Shown in pieces: positions 42,264 through 51,991 of a DNA stretch of 62,901 nt. Origin of the DNA: Fidelibacterota bacterium (GTDB lineage: Bacteria > Fidelibacterota > Marinisomatia > Marinisomatales > UBA1611). A program made the translations under genes and the position numbers. Under the pieces are notes generated by a model. The model was not told the origin of the DNA. It ran no database searches and was given only the letters and a program-made list of their open reading frames with translations. How positions within the stretch are numbered: the first letter of the stretch is position 1; each line of letters opens with the position of its first letter. The DNA lies in NCBI GenBank assembly GCA_028101095.1, contig JAOHKG010000003.1, forward strand, positions 1 to 62,901. The letters run 5' to 3'.

Positions 42264-42426
42264 TTTCTTCTTTTGTTATTGTATTAAAGCCCGGGAAAAT
42301 ACAGAAAGACTGGGATTAACACAAAAAATAAATAGCTTAAATAAAACAAGAAAGAAAACAATAAACTTTAGTTTTTTTGTTGACTCTAATGGTGTGTTTT
42401 TACGTAATTTTTAACTGAAACATCTA

Positions 42427-42446
42427 TGTGGACAACTTGTGGATAA
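42427..42446. promoter_or_regulatory. Two tandem DnaA boxes overlapping the dnaA start codon
   Basis: TGTGGACAA (42427-42435, one mismatch) and TGTGGATAA (42438-42446, perfect reverse complement of TTATCCACA). They are 11 bp apart and in the same orientation. Confidence 0.6.
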
Positions 42447-43800
42447 CAATATAAACAACCACGTTTCTCTGTGGAACTTGGTATATGAAAAACTGAAAGA
42501 ATTGCTTCCGGGGCACGCCATTAACACGTGGTTTGAGCCGTTAGTTCCCATTACGATAACAGATGAAGAGTTGGTAATAGAGGTGCCAAATCAATTTTCT
42601 TACGAATGGATAGACTCTCATTATCAAAAAAACCTGGTAGACGCAATTGGAGTAGTTACTGAAAACCAAATATCTTATCGTTTTATTGTTTCTGCGAAGG
42701 GGCAAAAAAAGCAAAAAGAGGAGTCTGAGTCTTATAAAAAAGTAGAAAAAGTAGTAGAACCCGCCCCAAACAACCTTAATAAGACATACACCTTCAAGTC
42801 TTTTATTAAAGGAGCCAATAATGAATTCGCTAAGTCAGCGGCACAGTCTGTTTCTGAATCTCCAGGAAAAAATTCGTTCAACCCTTTAATCATTTATGGT
42901 GGCGTAGGTCTAGGGAAGACACATTTGATTCATTCTATCGGAAATAAAATACATGAGAAGAACCCACGGTCCAAAGTTGTTATAGTTACAAGTGAAAAGT
43001 TTACATTAGACTTTGTCAACAGTTTACGAAAGAATAGAACAATAGAGTTTGCACAACAGTATAGAAATGCGGATGTTTTGTTAATTGACGATATTCAATT
43101 CTTTAGGGGAAAAGAACAAACCCAAGAACAGTTTTTTCACACTTTTAACGTTTTACAACAAGCTGGAAAACAAATCGTTATGACAACTGATAAATATCCA
43201 GCAGAAATTAAAGGACTTCAAGAAAGACTACTTTCACGGTTTCAATCAGGGTTGTCCGTTGACATACAACCCCCCAATCTAGAAATTAGAATAGCTATTC
43301 TACTAGAGAAGGCTGAACAGAACGGGATACGTTTAGATTATAATATTATTGAGTTCATCGCAAAACATATTAAAAAGAACGTTCGTGACCTCGAAGGTGC
43401 TATTATTAGAATTTTAGCTAAATCATCGTTGATGAACAAAGAAATAGATTTTCAGCTTGTTAAAGAAGTTATTCGTGAAAGAATAGGTTCTAGTTTTAGC
43501 CCAGAACTGAGCATAGAAGACGTTGTAAAAAAGGTATCCGAAATAAGCAATGTTTCAGAAATAGAAATTGTAGGTAAAAGCCGTAAGATGGAAGTTGCTG
43601 AAGCTCGGCAAGTTTCTATGTACTTATGCAGAAAAATAATTGGAACATCTCTTAACAACATCGGTGTCTTTTTCGGTGGAAGAGACCACTCTACGGTAAT
43701 ACATGCTGTGAAAACTATTGATGAGAAAATTATAAATAAAAAACATATTAAAGAGCAAATAGAGTCAATTAAACAAGAGTTAGATTTTTCCCTTGCATGA
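42439..43800 (+). CDS. dnaA: Chromosomal replication initiator DnaA
   Basis: Walker A GGVGLGKTHL, DDIQF, and C-terminal DNA-binding HSTVIHA segment. GTG start. Confidence 0.95.
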   Translation: MDNNINNHVSLWNLVYEKLKELLPGHAINTWFEPLVPITITDEELVIEVPNQFSYEWIDSHYQKNLVDAIGVVTENQISYRFIVSAKGQKKQKEESESYKKVEKVVEPAPNNLNKTYTFKSFIKGANNEFAKSAAQSVSESPGKNSFNPLIIYGGVGLGKTHLIHSIGNKIHEKNPRSKVVIVTSEKFTLDFVNSLRKNRTIEFAQQYRNADVLLIDDIQFFRGKEQTQEQFFHTFNVLQQAGKQIVMTTDKYPAEIKGLQERLLSRFQSGLSVDIQPPNLEIRIAILLEKAEQNGIRLDYNIIEFIAKHIKKNVRDLEGAIIRILAKSSLMNKEIDFQLVKEVIRERIGSSFSPELSIEDVVKKVSEISNVSEIEIVGKSRKMEVAEARQVSMYLCRKIIGTSLNNIGVFFGGRDHSTVIHAVKTIDEKIINKKHIKEQIESIKQELDFSLA

Positions 43801-43810
43801 AATTTTAACA

Positions 43811-43838
43811 AGAGGCTAATTAACCTCTGTTTTAGTTA
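43811..43838 (+). terminator. Weak hairpin plus T-rich tail after dnaA
   Basis: AGAGG-ctaattaa-CCTCT followed by GTTTTAGTT. The stem is only 5 bp. Confidence 0.3.
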
Positions 43839-43927
43839 GAATAGTTATTTACTCTGTTTAAATTTTAACAGTTAAACTTTGGTTTATTTTAGATATAAAA
43901 AACATTTAAACGATATGGAGTTATGTT

Positions 43928-44365
43928 ATGCAAAAGAGCAGTATTAATAAAGTTATAATTGTCGGTTACCTAGGTCAAAACCCAGAAGCAAGATTTACCC
44001 CTCAAGGCACAGCGGTTACCAATATAAGTGTCGCAACAAAAGAATCATGGAAGAATCAAAGTGGGGAATTGCAAGAAAGAACCGAATGGCACAGGATTGA
44101 CATGTATGGTAAAATGGCAGAAACCGCATCTCAATACTTAACTAAAGGACAACTTGTTTACGTAGAGGGCCGCCTTAAAACTGACGAATGGGACGATAAA
44201 GAAACAGGTGCGAAAAGAAGAGCAACTAAAGTACAGTGTGATAGTTTTACTATGCTCGGGAGAAAAGGTGATTCCAACGGACAAGGTTCCTCAATGGCCT
44301 CGGCACCGTCAGCACCATCAGCACCATCAGTATCATCTATGGACGACGACGACTTACCTTTTTAA
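43928..44365 (+). CDS. ssb: Single-stranded DNA-binding protein
   Basis: OB-fold N-terminus, Gly/Ser/Pro linker, acidic tip DDDDLPF. Confidence 0.9.
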   Translation: MQKSSINKVIIVGYLGQNPEARFTPQGTAVTNISVATKESWKNQSGELQERTEWHRIDMYGKMAETASQYLTKGQLVYVEGRLKTDEWDDKETGAKRRATKVQCDSFTMLGRKGDSNGQGSSMASAPSAPSAPSVSSMDDDDLPF

Positions 44366-44394
44366 ATGTTTTTTAAGAGATTTTTAAATGTCAA

Positions 44395-45153
44395 ATGGTC
44401 GGAAAAGAATATCTAAATAAATTTCATCCAAAACCTTCTTTCGTTAGAAGGCAAGTTGGGTATATTGCCTTACTCATTGGCTGTGTTGTTGCAAAAATTG
44501 TTGTTCGTGGAAAGTGGCATTTACCTAAAAAAAAAGGTTTTATAATTGCGTCTAACCATTTTAGTATTTTAGATCCACCCTTTTTCAAATATGCCATTCA
44601 AAAACCAATAAACTTCCTAGCCGCAAGTGACCAAGAAGTAAACGGGGCTTTTGTCTGGGCGCTCCACCTTTATGGTTTTATTCCTATAGACAGAGAAAAC
44701 CTTGCGCCTTCAACTATTAAAAAAGCAAAAAAAGTTTTAAAAAATGGAGAAATTTTAGGGATTTTTCCAGAAGGAACAACAACCTCACCTGTTTTAAAAA
44801 AACCTAAAAATGGAGCGGTTTTTTTATCAACGGTTGAAAAAGCACCAATTGTTCCAATTTCAATCTATGGAGCAGAAACGATATGGCAAGATATTTTTAA
44901 AGGAATTCGGCCCAGGGTATATATAAATATTGGGAAGCCTTTTGGGCCCTTCGATATAAGGGGGACTAAAAGTGAAAAATTAATTAAAACAGAGTCTGTC
45001 GGGTCAGAAATGGCTGCAAGGATTGCATCGCTATTACCTAAAAGCAAAAGAGGGGAGTATAAAAATGACATTAGAATTAAAAGATATCAAAAAGAAAACA
45101 AGATAGTTCCGGCAGATGCTATAATTAGTCCTTATTATGACCCGTTATTATAA
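44395..45153 (+). CDS. Lysophospholipid (1-acylglycerol-3-phosphate) acyltransferase family protein
   Basis: HX4D block NHFSILD and FPEGTT block. Confidence 0.75.
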   Translation: MVGKEYLNKFHPKPSFVRRQVGYIALLIGCVVAKIVVRGKWHLPKKKGFIIASNHFSILDPPFFKYAIQKPINFLAASDQEVNGAFVWALHLYGFIPIDRENLAPSTIKKAKKVLKNGEILGIFPEGTTTSPVLKKPKNGAVFLSTVEKAPIVPISIYGAETIWQDIFKGIRPRVYINIGKPFGPFDIRGTKSEKLIKTESVGSEMAARIASLLPKSKRGEYKNDIRIKRYQKENKIVPADAIISPYYDPLL

Positions 45154-46003
45154 AATATATACCAAATAAAATAAACCCACCTCCAATTACAGCTTCTAAC
45201 GGAAGTTCCTCTGAAAAAAGAATAAAACCAAAAACTGATGCTATTAATGGTTCACCCAAAGGCACGGAAGCTACAGCCGTTGGTGATAAAAATTTTATTG
45301 AATAATTTAAAAGGTTGTGACCCAATATAGAGGGAACAAAGCCGAGAAAAAGAAGCCAGATAAATTGTTCTTTTTTAAAGCTCAGTAGGTCATCTCCTGT
45401 AAGTAAAGCTAATAAAGCAATTGTAATTGAAGCGATAAGAAAGAGAGTTCTTCCATAGGTTGTGTTTTCAGTGTTTTTTCTGATTTTTGCTGCGAATATA
45501 TATGTTACCGCAATACACATACCGCTTAAAAGAGATAGAAAGTTTCCATATAATAACTTCGTATCAAGATTTATGCTTTGTCCTTGAACAATTAAAAGAC
45601 CAATCGTAGAAATACTAAGACCCCAATAAACTTCTTTCTCAAATTTTGTACCCTTTAAGAAAGCTACAAGTGTTGTAAAAAAAGGCCCCGTTGTTGCCAA
45701 TAAAGTAGCATTTGCAATAGAGGTGTTTCTCACCCCGAGAAAAAAGAATGAAAAATGAAGACCTAGACTTATTCCTGCAATTAAAATTCTCTTTTTATTG
45801 GTTCTTGATAAAAAAGATGGTTTTTTTGATAGGCTATATATCCACAAAAAACTACTCGCAAGAAGCATTCTCCAAAAAGCCAGCGTTAAAGCAGGGACAG
45901 TTGCTACATATCTAATGACCAGTGACGTTGAGCTTACCGATATTAAAGCAATGGTGAGTAAAAGATAGAGTTGAGTTGAAAACTTTTTATTCCGGGAAAT
46001 CAT
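45125..46003 (-). CDS. EamA/DMT family transporter
   Basis: 292 aa, 10 TM segments, two EamA-like halves. Confidence 0.75.
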   Translation of the reverse strand: MISRNKKFSTQLYLLLTIALISVSSTSLVIRYVATVPALTLAFWRMLLASSFLWIYSLSKKPSFLSRTNKKRILIAGISLGLHFSFFFLGVRNTSIANATLLATTGPFFTTLVAFLKGTKFEKEVYWGLSISTIGLLIVQGQSINLDTKLLYGNFLSLLSGMCIAVTYIFAAKIRKNTENTTYGRTLFLIASITIALLALLTGDDLLSFKKEQFIWLLFLGFVPSILGHNLLNYSIKFLSPTAVASVPLGEPLIASVFGFILFSEELPLEAVIGGGFILFGIYFIITGHNKD

Positions 46004-47375
46004 TTAAAATAGAAACAATGCAAGATGTTAGTTTTTTTGCATAAGGTATATGTAAAAATTCATTTGGCCCATGTGCGTTTGACTCTGGTCCCAATACACC
46101 CGTTATAACAAATTGAGCTTTTGGAAATTGATCTCCAAGCATCGCCATAAATGGAATAGTTCCACCCTCACCCATACTAGATGGAGGGTTTTTGAAATAA
46201 GTATTTGAAGCTGAACGTATTGCACTTTCAAGCCAAGGAGACATTGGTGGCGCGCTCCAACCGGAAGCAGGCTCTTCAAACTCTATTGAAACCTTTGCAT
46301 TGTAAGGAGGATTATCAGTAAGGGCTCTTTTAAGAGCTTCCTGAGCTTTATTTTGGTCAACCAATGGTGGAATTCTCATTGAGAGCTTTAAACTTGTATA
46401 AGGTCTTAAAACATTACCCGCATCTTTAGAACTCGGTAAACCATCTGCACCAACAATAGACAAAGCCGGTTTCCAGGTTGTTCTGAGATGACCTTCTATC
46501 GGGTTATCTGTGGAGGGAGAAACAGGAAAACTTTGATGTTCTTCTAAAATAGCAACCAACTGCACCACACCATCCCTTATGTGCGCCGGAATATCTGTTT
46601 TTAATTCGTCTAATAAAATTTCACCAGTGTTTTCATCTTCTATCCTTGATAAAAGTTGTCGTATTATTCTAAAAGAGGAAGGTATATATCCGCTTATTCC
46701 AGAGTGCATACCTTCATTAAGAACCTCAACTTTTAGCGTTCCACCAATTAAACCCCTCAAAGAGTTTGTTGTCCAAAAGCGCTTGTAATCTTCTGTTCCA
46801 GAGTCCAGGCAAACAACTAAATTTGGTTCCCCAATTAAATCAGAACAAAGCTCCATATAGTGTGGAAGGTCTGGAGATCCGCTTTCTTCACAAAACTCAA
46901 TTAAAACTAAAATTCGAGGTAAGCGACAATTGTTTTTTTGTAATGTTTTTATAGCACATAGCGACGCAAACAGAGCATAACCATCATCAGCGCCACCACG
47001 ACCATAAAGTTTTTCATCAATTAATACCGGCTTCCAAGGACCCTTATCATTATCCCAACCTTCCATTTCAGGCTGTTTATCTAAATGGCCATACATTAAA
47101 ACATTGCCGCTCTTTTCACCTGGTATATCAATTAAAATTATAGGAGTTCTTCCGTCTGATTCTTTAATTGATAAAGTAGCATTCTTTGGTAAATGCTTTT
47201 TTGTCCAATCCGCAGCAAGCTCAAGAACCTTATCCATATGTCCGTTTGCTTTCCAGTTTTTATCAAAGGAGGGAGACTTGTTTGGGATTTTTATATATTC
47301 AGTTAACGTTGGGGTAATATGAGTGTCCCAAAACGAATCTACTTCTAGTTGAATTTTCTTATTGTCTATTTTCAT
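45987..47375 (-). CDS. M20 family metallopeptidase (dipeptidase-like)
   Basis: YGHLDKQP and GRGGADDGY metal-ligand blocks, 462 aa. Confidence 0.8.
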   Translation of the reverse strand: MKIDNKKIQLEVDSFWDTHITPTLTEYIKIPNKSPSFDKNWKANGHMDKVLELAADWTKKHLPKNATLSIKESDGRTPIILIDIPGEKSGNVLMYGHLDKQPEMEGWDNDKGPWKPVLIDEKLYGRGGADDGYALFASLCAIKTLQKNNCRLPRILVLIEFCEESGSPDLPHYMELCSDLIGEPNLVVCLDSGTEDYKRFWTTNSLRGLIGGTLKVEVLNEGMHSGISGYIPSSFRIIRQLLSRIEDENTGEILLDELKTDIPAHIRDGVVQLVAILEEHQSFPVSPSTDNPIEGHLRTTWKPALSIVGADGLPSSKDAGNVLRPYTSLKLSMRIPPLVDQNKAQEALKRALTDNPPYNAKVSIEFEEPASGWSAPPMSPWLESAIRSASNTYFKNPPSSMGEGGTIPFMAMLGDQFPKAQFVITGVLGPESNAHGPNEFLHIPYAKKLTSCIVSILNDFPE

Positions 47376-47381
47376 TTTATT

Positions 47382-48659
47382 TTAACCTGTTATATTTTTA
47401 TAAATTCTTCCATTTTTCATCACAAAAAAAGTTTTTTGTAATAAAGAAATATCATCAAGGGGGTTTCCTTTTACAGCAACAATATCAGCAATTTTTCCAA
47501 TTTCTAAAGAGCCTAAATCAGTTTCAACTCCCAAAAGCTTAGCGGAGTTTATTGTTGCAGATTTAATTGCATCAAGAGGTTTCATTCCCTGCTCTACCAT
47601 GTAAACAAATTCTTTTGCATTTTCGCCATGAAGAGAAACACCTGAATCTGTTCCAAATGCAATTTTTACATTTCCCTCTAAAGCCTTTTTGAATGATTTT
47701 TTAATTTTAGGACCAATTAGTTCAGCTTTTTTTCGGATTAACTCTGGGTAATACCCAACATCTTTAGCTTTTGTAGAAACAAATTCCCCCGCTGATATAG
47801 TTGGAACATAATAAGTCCCGTATTCTTTCATTAACAATAGTGATTCTTGGTCCATTAATGTTCCATGCTCTATAGACCTAACACCAGCACGAACAGCTCT
47901 TTTTATACCTTCTGGACCATGAGCATGAGCTGCAACATGCATGTTATAATCTGTTGCAGTTTCAACAATAGCTCGTATTTCTTCTTCGCTGAACTGAGGG
48001 TTTTGACCACTTTTCCCAAGACTAAGAACGCCCCCGGTAGCTGTAATTTTTATTAGATCAGAACCTCTTTTATATTGATGTCGCACAGCCTTAGCTGCCT
48101 CGATCGCACCATTGATTACTCCAGAGGAGGGGCCGGGATCACCCATAAGTTCATATTTCATTCCGTTTGTTGGATCGGCATGACCACCAGTGGTTGCAAT
48201 TGCTTGACCTGCGCTAAATATCCTAGGTCCGGGAAGTAAGCCGTTTTTTATTGCATCTCGTAGCGAGTTATTAATTGGTCCCCCCAAGTCTCGTACAGTA
48301 GTAAAGCCAGCAAACAATGTTTTTTCAGCAAAAATTATGGATTGATATGCATAGTCATCTAAGTTCTTTGTATACCTCTCTAAATACTTTTTTTTGTTTG
48401 ATTCACCAGAAAGGTGTGTGTGCATATCCATTAATCCGGGAAGAACAGTATACTCATTCAAATCAATTAAAACATCATCTGGTCCGGGGTTTGTATACCC
48501 TTCAGCAATATCAATTATTCTATCTTTATCAATGAAAATTGAAACAACTTTTGATATGGGTTTTTCTGATCCGTCTATTAAAACGCCACAGTGTAATATT
48601 ATGACTTGTGAAAACAGAGAGTGGAAAATAAAAAAGAAGAGGGTGAAACTTTTGGTCAT
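47382..48659 (-). CDS. Secreted metal-dependent amidohydrolase
   Basis: Signal-like N-terminus, DMHTHL, AHAHG and FGTDSG blocks of the amidohydrolase superfamily. Confidence 0.8.
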   Translation of the reverse strand: MTKSFTLFFFIFHSLFSQVIILHCGVLIDGSEKPISKVVSIFIDKDRIIDIAEGYTNPGPDDVLIDLNEYTVLPGLMDMHTHLSGESNKKKYLERYTKNLDDYAYQSIIFAEKTLFAGFTTVRDLGGPINNSLRDAIKNGLLPGPRIFSAGQAIATTGGHADPTNGMKYELMGDPGPSSGVINGAIEAAKAVRHQYKRGSDLIKITATGGVLSLGKSGQNPQFSEEEIRAIVETATDYNMHVAAHAHGPEGIKRAVRAGVRSIEHGTLMDQESLLLMKEYGTYYVPTISAGEFVSTKAKDVGYYPELIRKKAELIGPKIKKSFKKALEGNVKIAFGTDSGVSLHGENAKEFVYMVEQGMKPLDAIKSATINSAKLLGVETDLGSLEIGKIADIVAVKGNPLDDISLLQKTFFVMKNGRIYKNITG

Positions 48660-48683
48660 CAGGTTGAGAATAGGGTATTTAGG

Positions 48684-49490
48684 TTAGCTTTTATTTTTAT
48701 TTATTTCTCGAACAACTTTTTTTTGTAAAAAATTTTTAAAAAAAGTGTTTAAAAAAGGAATTAAACTTAGTTTTTTAGGAACATAGATTGTTTTTTTATC
48801 TTTTTTTATACCATCTATAATACTTTTTACACAAGACTCTAGGCTAACGGATTGACTTGTATGTTTTCTAGATTCATCTTTATGTTTTTTTCCATCAGCT
48901 CGGAAAGAGTTTCCTCTTAGATTTGTCCCTCTAATCCAACTTAAAACAGCTTCTAGTATGGTAATTTCTTCTTTGTTTTCCATTGAAATAGTTTCTAAAA
49001 AACCATGAAGGGCATGCTTTGAAGCAACATATCCGGAATGGTTTGGAAAACCCATAAGAGCTTGAGCGGTAGAACAACTAACAATTTTACCCTTTGATTT
49101 TTTCAAAAAAGGAATTGCGGCAAAGCAACAGTTTACAGACCCTAAATAGTTTGTTTTCATCAGGTCTGAAAAAAAGCTGGGGTCTGTTATTTCATCAAAC
49201 TTCGCCCACATACTTATACCCGCATTTAAGACTAAGCCATCGATTTGCCCAAATTTTTCGATAGTCCTGTCTATTAAACTTTGACATTGTTTTAGATTTG
49301 TTATATCTGTTTGAACATAAATGGCTTCTCCACCAGAAGTATTAATTTTTTCAGAAACTTTTTTAAGTTTATGTTCGGTTCTTGCAGCGCAAACAACTTT
49401 GGCACCCTCTTTTGACAGCTGCTTAGATAATTCCTCCCCAATACCTGAAGAAGCCCCTGTTATAATGAATACTTTATTCTTTAGAAGCAT
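48684..49490 (-). CDS. Short-chain dehydrogenase/reductase; candidate acyl/alkyl-DHAP reductase
   Basis: TGASSGIGEE, NAG and YVASKHAL (YxxxK) identify an SDR. The specific role is inferred only from operon context. Confidence 0.8.
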   Translation of the reverse strand: MLLKNKVFIITGASSGIGEELSKQLSKEGAKVVCAARTEHKLKKVSEKINTSGGEAIYVQTDITNLKQCQSLIDRTIEKFGQIDGLVLNAGISMWAKFDEITDPSFFSDLMKTNYLGSVNCCFAAIPFLKKSKGKIVSCSTAQALMGFPNHSGYVASKHALHGFLETISMENKEEITILEAVLSWIRGTNLRGNSFRADGKKHKDESRKHTSQSVSLESCVKSIIDGIKKDKKTIYVPKKLSLIPFLNTFFKNFLQKKVVREINKNKS

Positions 49491-49504
49491 ATTTATATAA
49501 AACT

Positions 49505-51262
49505 CTAATCGTTTACAATATTGTTGTCTACTCCAAAAATGTTTTTTGGATCCTGATCTTTTTTAATTCCTTTTATCAATGATATACTGCCATTGGAGAT
49601 TGTATCTTTCATAAAGTCTTTTCTTAATTTACCAACTCCATGATGATGTGATATTGAACCACCGTTCTTTATAAAGTTAGCCCTCATAGCATATTCAATC
49701 TCTGTAAAAACATCTTCGGGTCTCTCTATTCCATCGTAACACATTGCAATTGTGTTATACATGCAAACACCGGTGTGATATATTTTTGAAATTCGAGAGG
49801 TGAAAAACGGCTTACCGGGAAGATTATGTTTTTTATGTAGTTCGTTTAAGAGTTTATGGGCCTCTTCTTTCACCTGATTTATCTTAGACCAGGGAACAGA
49901 GGTTTCCATTGTTTCACCTAAGATGTTTTGTGTAAATATCAGTTCTCTTATATAGGCAATCACCATTGTTGCAAGGTACCCGCTCTTTCCGGTACTCTCA
50001 CCGGCAACAAAACCATTATGTTTTTTTGAAAGTGATTTTAAGTTTTTCAATTGCTGTTTTACTTCTTGAGAAGAACCTTCAATCTTAAATGTAGCAGCCG
50101 TAAACTTTTCGGGATCAAACTTTTTTATATTAAAGAGATAGTATTTGGTTAACTTATCTAAAAAGCCACCGACACCCTCTTTTTTTTCTTTTAGAGAACT
50201 TCCTAATCTAATTTGAAGGTTATCAGCTAATCGGGAGCTTGCGGGAACCATATTTGAATGATATAAGTCATACATAAATGAAACTCCGCTTTCCCAACTA
50301 TAAAATAAAATAGATTCATATGTAGACTTTTCTGGTAACCGATGGACTTTTAAAGTTGCTTTTGTTATTATTCCAAGGTTCCCCTCTGAACCAAATAAAA
50401 GGTTTTGAGCTTTTATTCCAATTGAAGCTCTTGTCAACGGTTCTATTTGGTTTATAGTTCCAGTTGGTGTAATCATTGTTATATTTTGAACAATATCTTC
50501 GATATTTCCATATCTATGTTTTTTCATACCCGCGGCATTGGTAGAAATCCATCCACCTACGGTTGAGAACTCATAGCTATCTGGTTCATGTCCAGCTGTT
50601 AGACCCTTATCGTTGAGTTGTTTCTCTAATTCTTTTCCAGTTATACCAGAATAAACAGAGACCATTAGATTTTTTTCATCAATACTTTCAATTGAGTTCA
50701 TCCTTCTGGTGTCTACGGAAACAATCATTCTTTTTTCTTTTTTTGGTGGTCTTAGTGCGTTTGTTACATTTGTACCGCCACCATAAGGAATAAGACAAAC
50801 ATCATGTTTCTTTGCAAGTTCGACCAAGCGAATTGTTTCTTCTTCATTCTCTATGTAAAAAACTAAATCTGTAAATTTTTCTAGTTTATTATATAAAACT
50901 TTATATACTTCGTCTGTGGAGTGTTGTCCATGACTATGAAGAAGACGCTCATTGTTTTCGATTGAGTATCTGTCTTCATCAAAAGTTTCCTTCATTTCTT
51001 TCACAAACATTTCGTTAATGTTCGGTTTTTCGATATATTTAACTTTTAGTTCTTTAACTTTTGGTTCTTTTTCTATTTCTATTTCAAGTATACTTTCAAC
51101 GAAAGGAATAAAACTTGTCAGTTTTTTACCACAAACAGGATATCTGTTTCCTGAGAATGTTACCGCTTTATTATCTTCTATGATAAAAGCGGAATCCTTA
51201 TAACCCCACTTGTGTCCCCAGTTCTCATCGTTCACACCAAAAAATTTTTTATTATCACTCAT
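49505..51262 (-). CDS. Alkyldihydroxyacetonephosphate synthase-like FAD oxidase (AGPS/ADPS homologue)
   Basis: WGHKWGYKDS N-terminal block, FAD/PCMH PYGGGTNV, GHEPDSYEFSTVGGWISTNAAGMKKHRYGNIEDIV, and HHH loop SISHHHGVGKLR. The track's longest ORF starts at 51298; Met at 51262 leaves a 4-nt gap to the upstream stop. Confidence 0.8.
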   Translation of the reverse strand: MSDNKKFFGVNDENWGHKWGYKDSAFIIEDNKAVTFSGNRYPVCGKKLTSFIPFVESILEIEIEKEPKVKELKVKYIEKPNINEMFVKEMKETFDEDRYSIENNERLLHSHGQHSTDEVYKVLYNKLEKFTDLVFYIENEEETIRLVELAKKHDVCLIPYGGGTNVTNALRPPKKEKRMIVSVDTRRMNSIESIDEKNLMVSVYSGITGKELEKQLNDKGLTAGHEPDSYEFSTVGGWISTNAAGMKKHRYGNIEDIVQNITMITPTGTINQIEPLTRASIGIKAQNLLFGSEGNLGIITKATLKVHRLPEKSTYESILFYSWESGVSFMYDLYHSNMVPASSRLADNLQIRLGSSLKEKKEGVGGFLDKLTKYYLFNIKKFDPEKFTAATFKIEGSSQEVKQQLKNLKSLSKKHNGFVAGESTGKSGYLATMVIAYIRELIFTQNILGETMETSVPWSKINQVKEEAHKLLNELHKKHNLPGKPFFTSRISKIYHTGVCMYNTIAMCYDGIERPEDVFTEIEYAMRANFIKNGGSISHHHGVGKLRKDFMKDTISNGSISLIKGIKKDQDPKNIFGVDNNIVND

Positions 51263-51983
51263 ATAACGATCTCGCTTTGTCTTTAATTTTTTGTTCAAGT
51301 TCTAATGTCATTTTATCTACAGCTTCAGAAATTTCTTCTTTTGAAGCATTGCTACTGTTTAAAAACGATTTAGGGTATATAGGTTCAAGAATGTATACAA
51401 TAATTCTAGAAGGTCTCATTAATATTTGATCTTTTGGCCATGCTTTGTGTGATCCGAAAATAACGGCTGGCAGAATTGGTTTATTAAGGCTAATAGCAAA
51501 GCTTGAGGCTCCTTTTTTAAACGCAGTTATATTTCCGGGTTTGCCTCGGGTACCCTCAGGAAAAAAAATTAAACACCTTTTATTATAATCCATAAACGAT
51601 TGACATAACTTAAGAGTATCTTTTATGGATAGTTGCCTCACGCCGTCTATTTTGCGATCTATTGGAATTAAGTTCATAACAGTGTTGATTAAAAATTTTC
51701 TAATCCAACTATCAAACCAATAATCTTTTGCAGCAAGCATTCCAAAATGATTAAAACTTTTTTGTGCAGAGGCAGATAAGAGAGCTACATCCATGTGGCT
51801 ATTGTGGTTACTACAGAAAATATACGATGAGTCGGGAATGTTTTCACGTCCGTAGACTTTTAAAGGTGTGTAGAAAATAAAAACAAGTTTACTGTATAAG
51901 TAAAAAAGCGTTTTCCAAATTTTAAAATAGAAAGGTTGATTCCCCAGCAAATATTTAAACTTGGGGTTTTCTAATACTCCCAT
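51255..51983 (-). CDS. HX4D glycerolipid acyltransferase; candidate DHAP acyltransferase
   Basis: NHNSHMD and FFPEGTRG blocks. The track's longest ORF starts at 52049; Met at 51983 leaves an 8-nt gap after the upstream stop. Confidence 0.75.
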   Translation of the reverse strand: MGVLENPKFKYLLGNQPFYFKIWKTLFYLYSKLVFIFYTPLKVYGRENIPDSSYIFCSNHNSHMDVALLSASAQKSFNHFGMLAAKDYWFDSWIRKFLINTVMNLIPIDRKIDGVRQLSIKDTLKLCQSFMDYNKRCLIFFPEGTRGKPGNITAFKKGASSFAISLNKPILPAVIFGSHKAWPKDQILMRPSRIIVYILEPIYPKSFLNSSNASKEEISEAVDKMTLELEQKIKDKARSLYE

Positions 51984-51991
51984 GAAAGGAT

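Noticed and set aside
44290-44340. Tandem 9-bp repeats (GCACCxTCA, three copies) in ssb, and (CAGAAA)x3 at about 38466-38483 in mnmG.
   Set aside because: Both are in-frame low-complexity coding: the APSAPSAPS linker of SSB and VSVSVS in MnmG. Neither is an independent repeat element.
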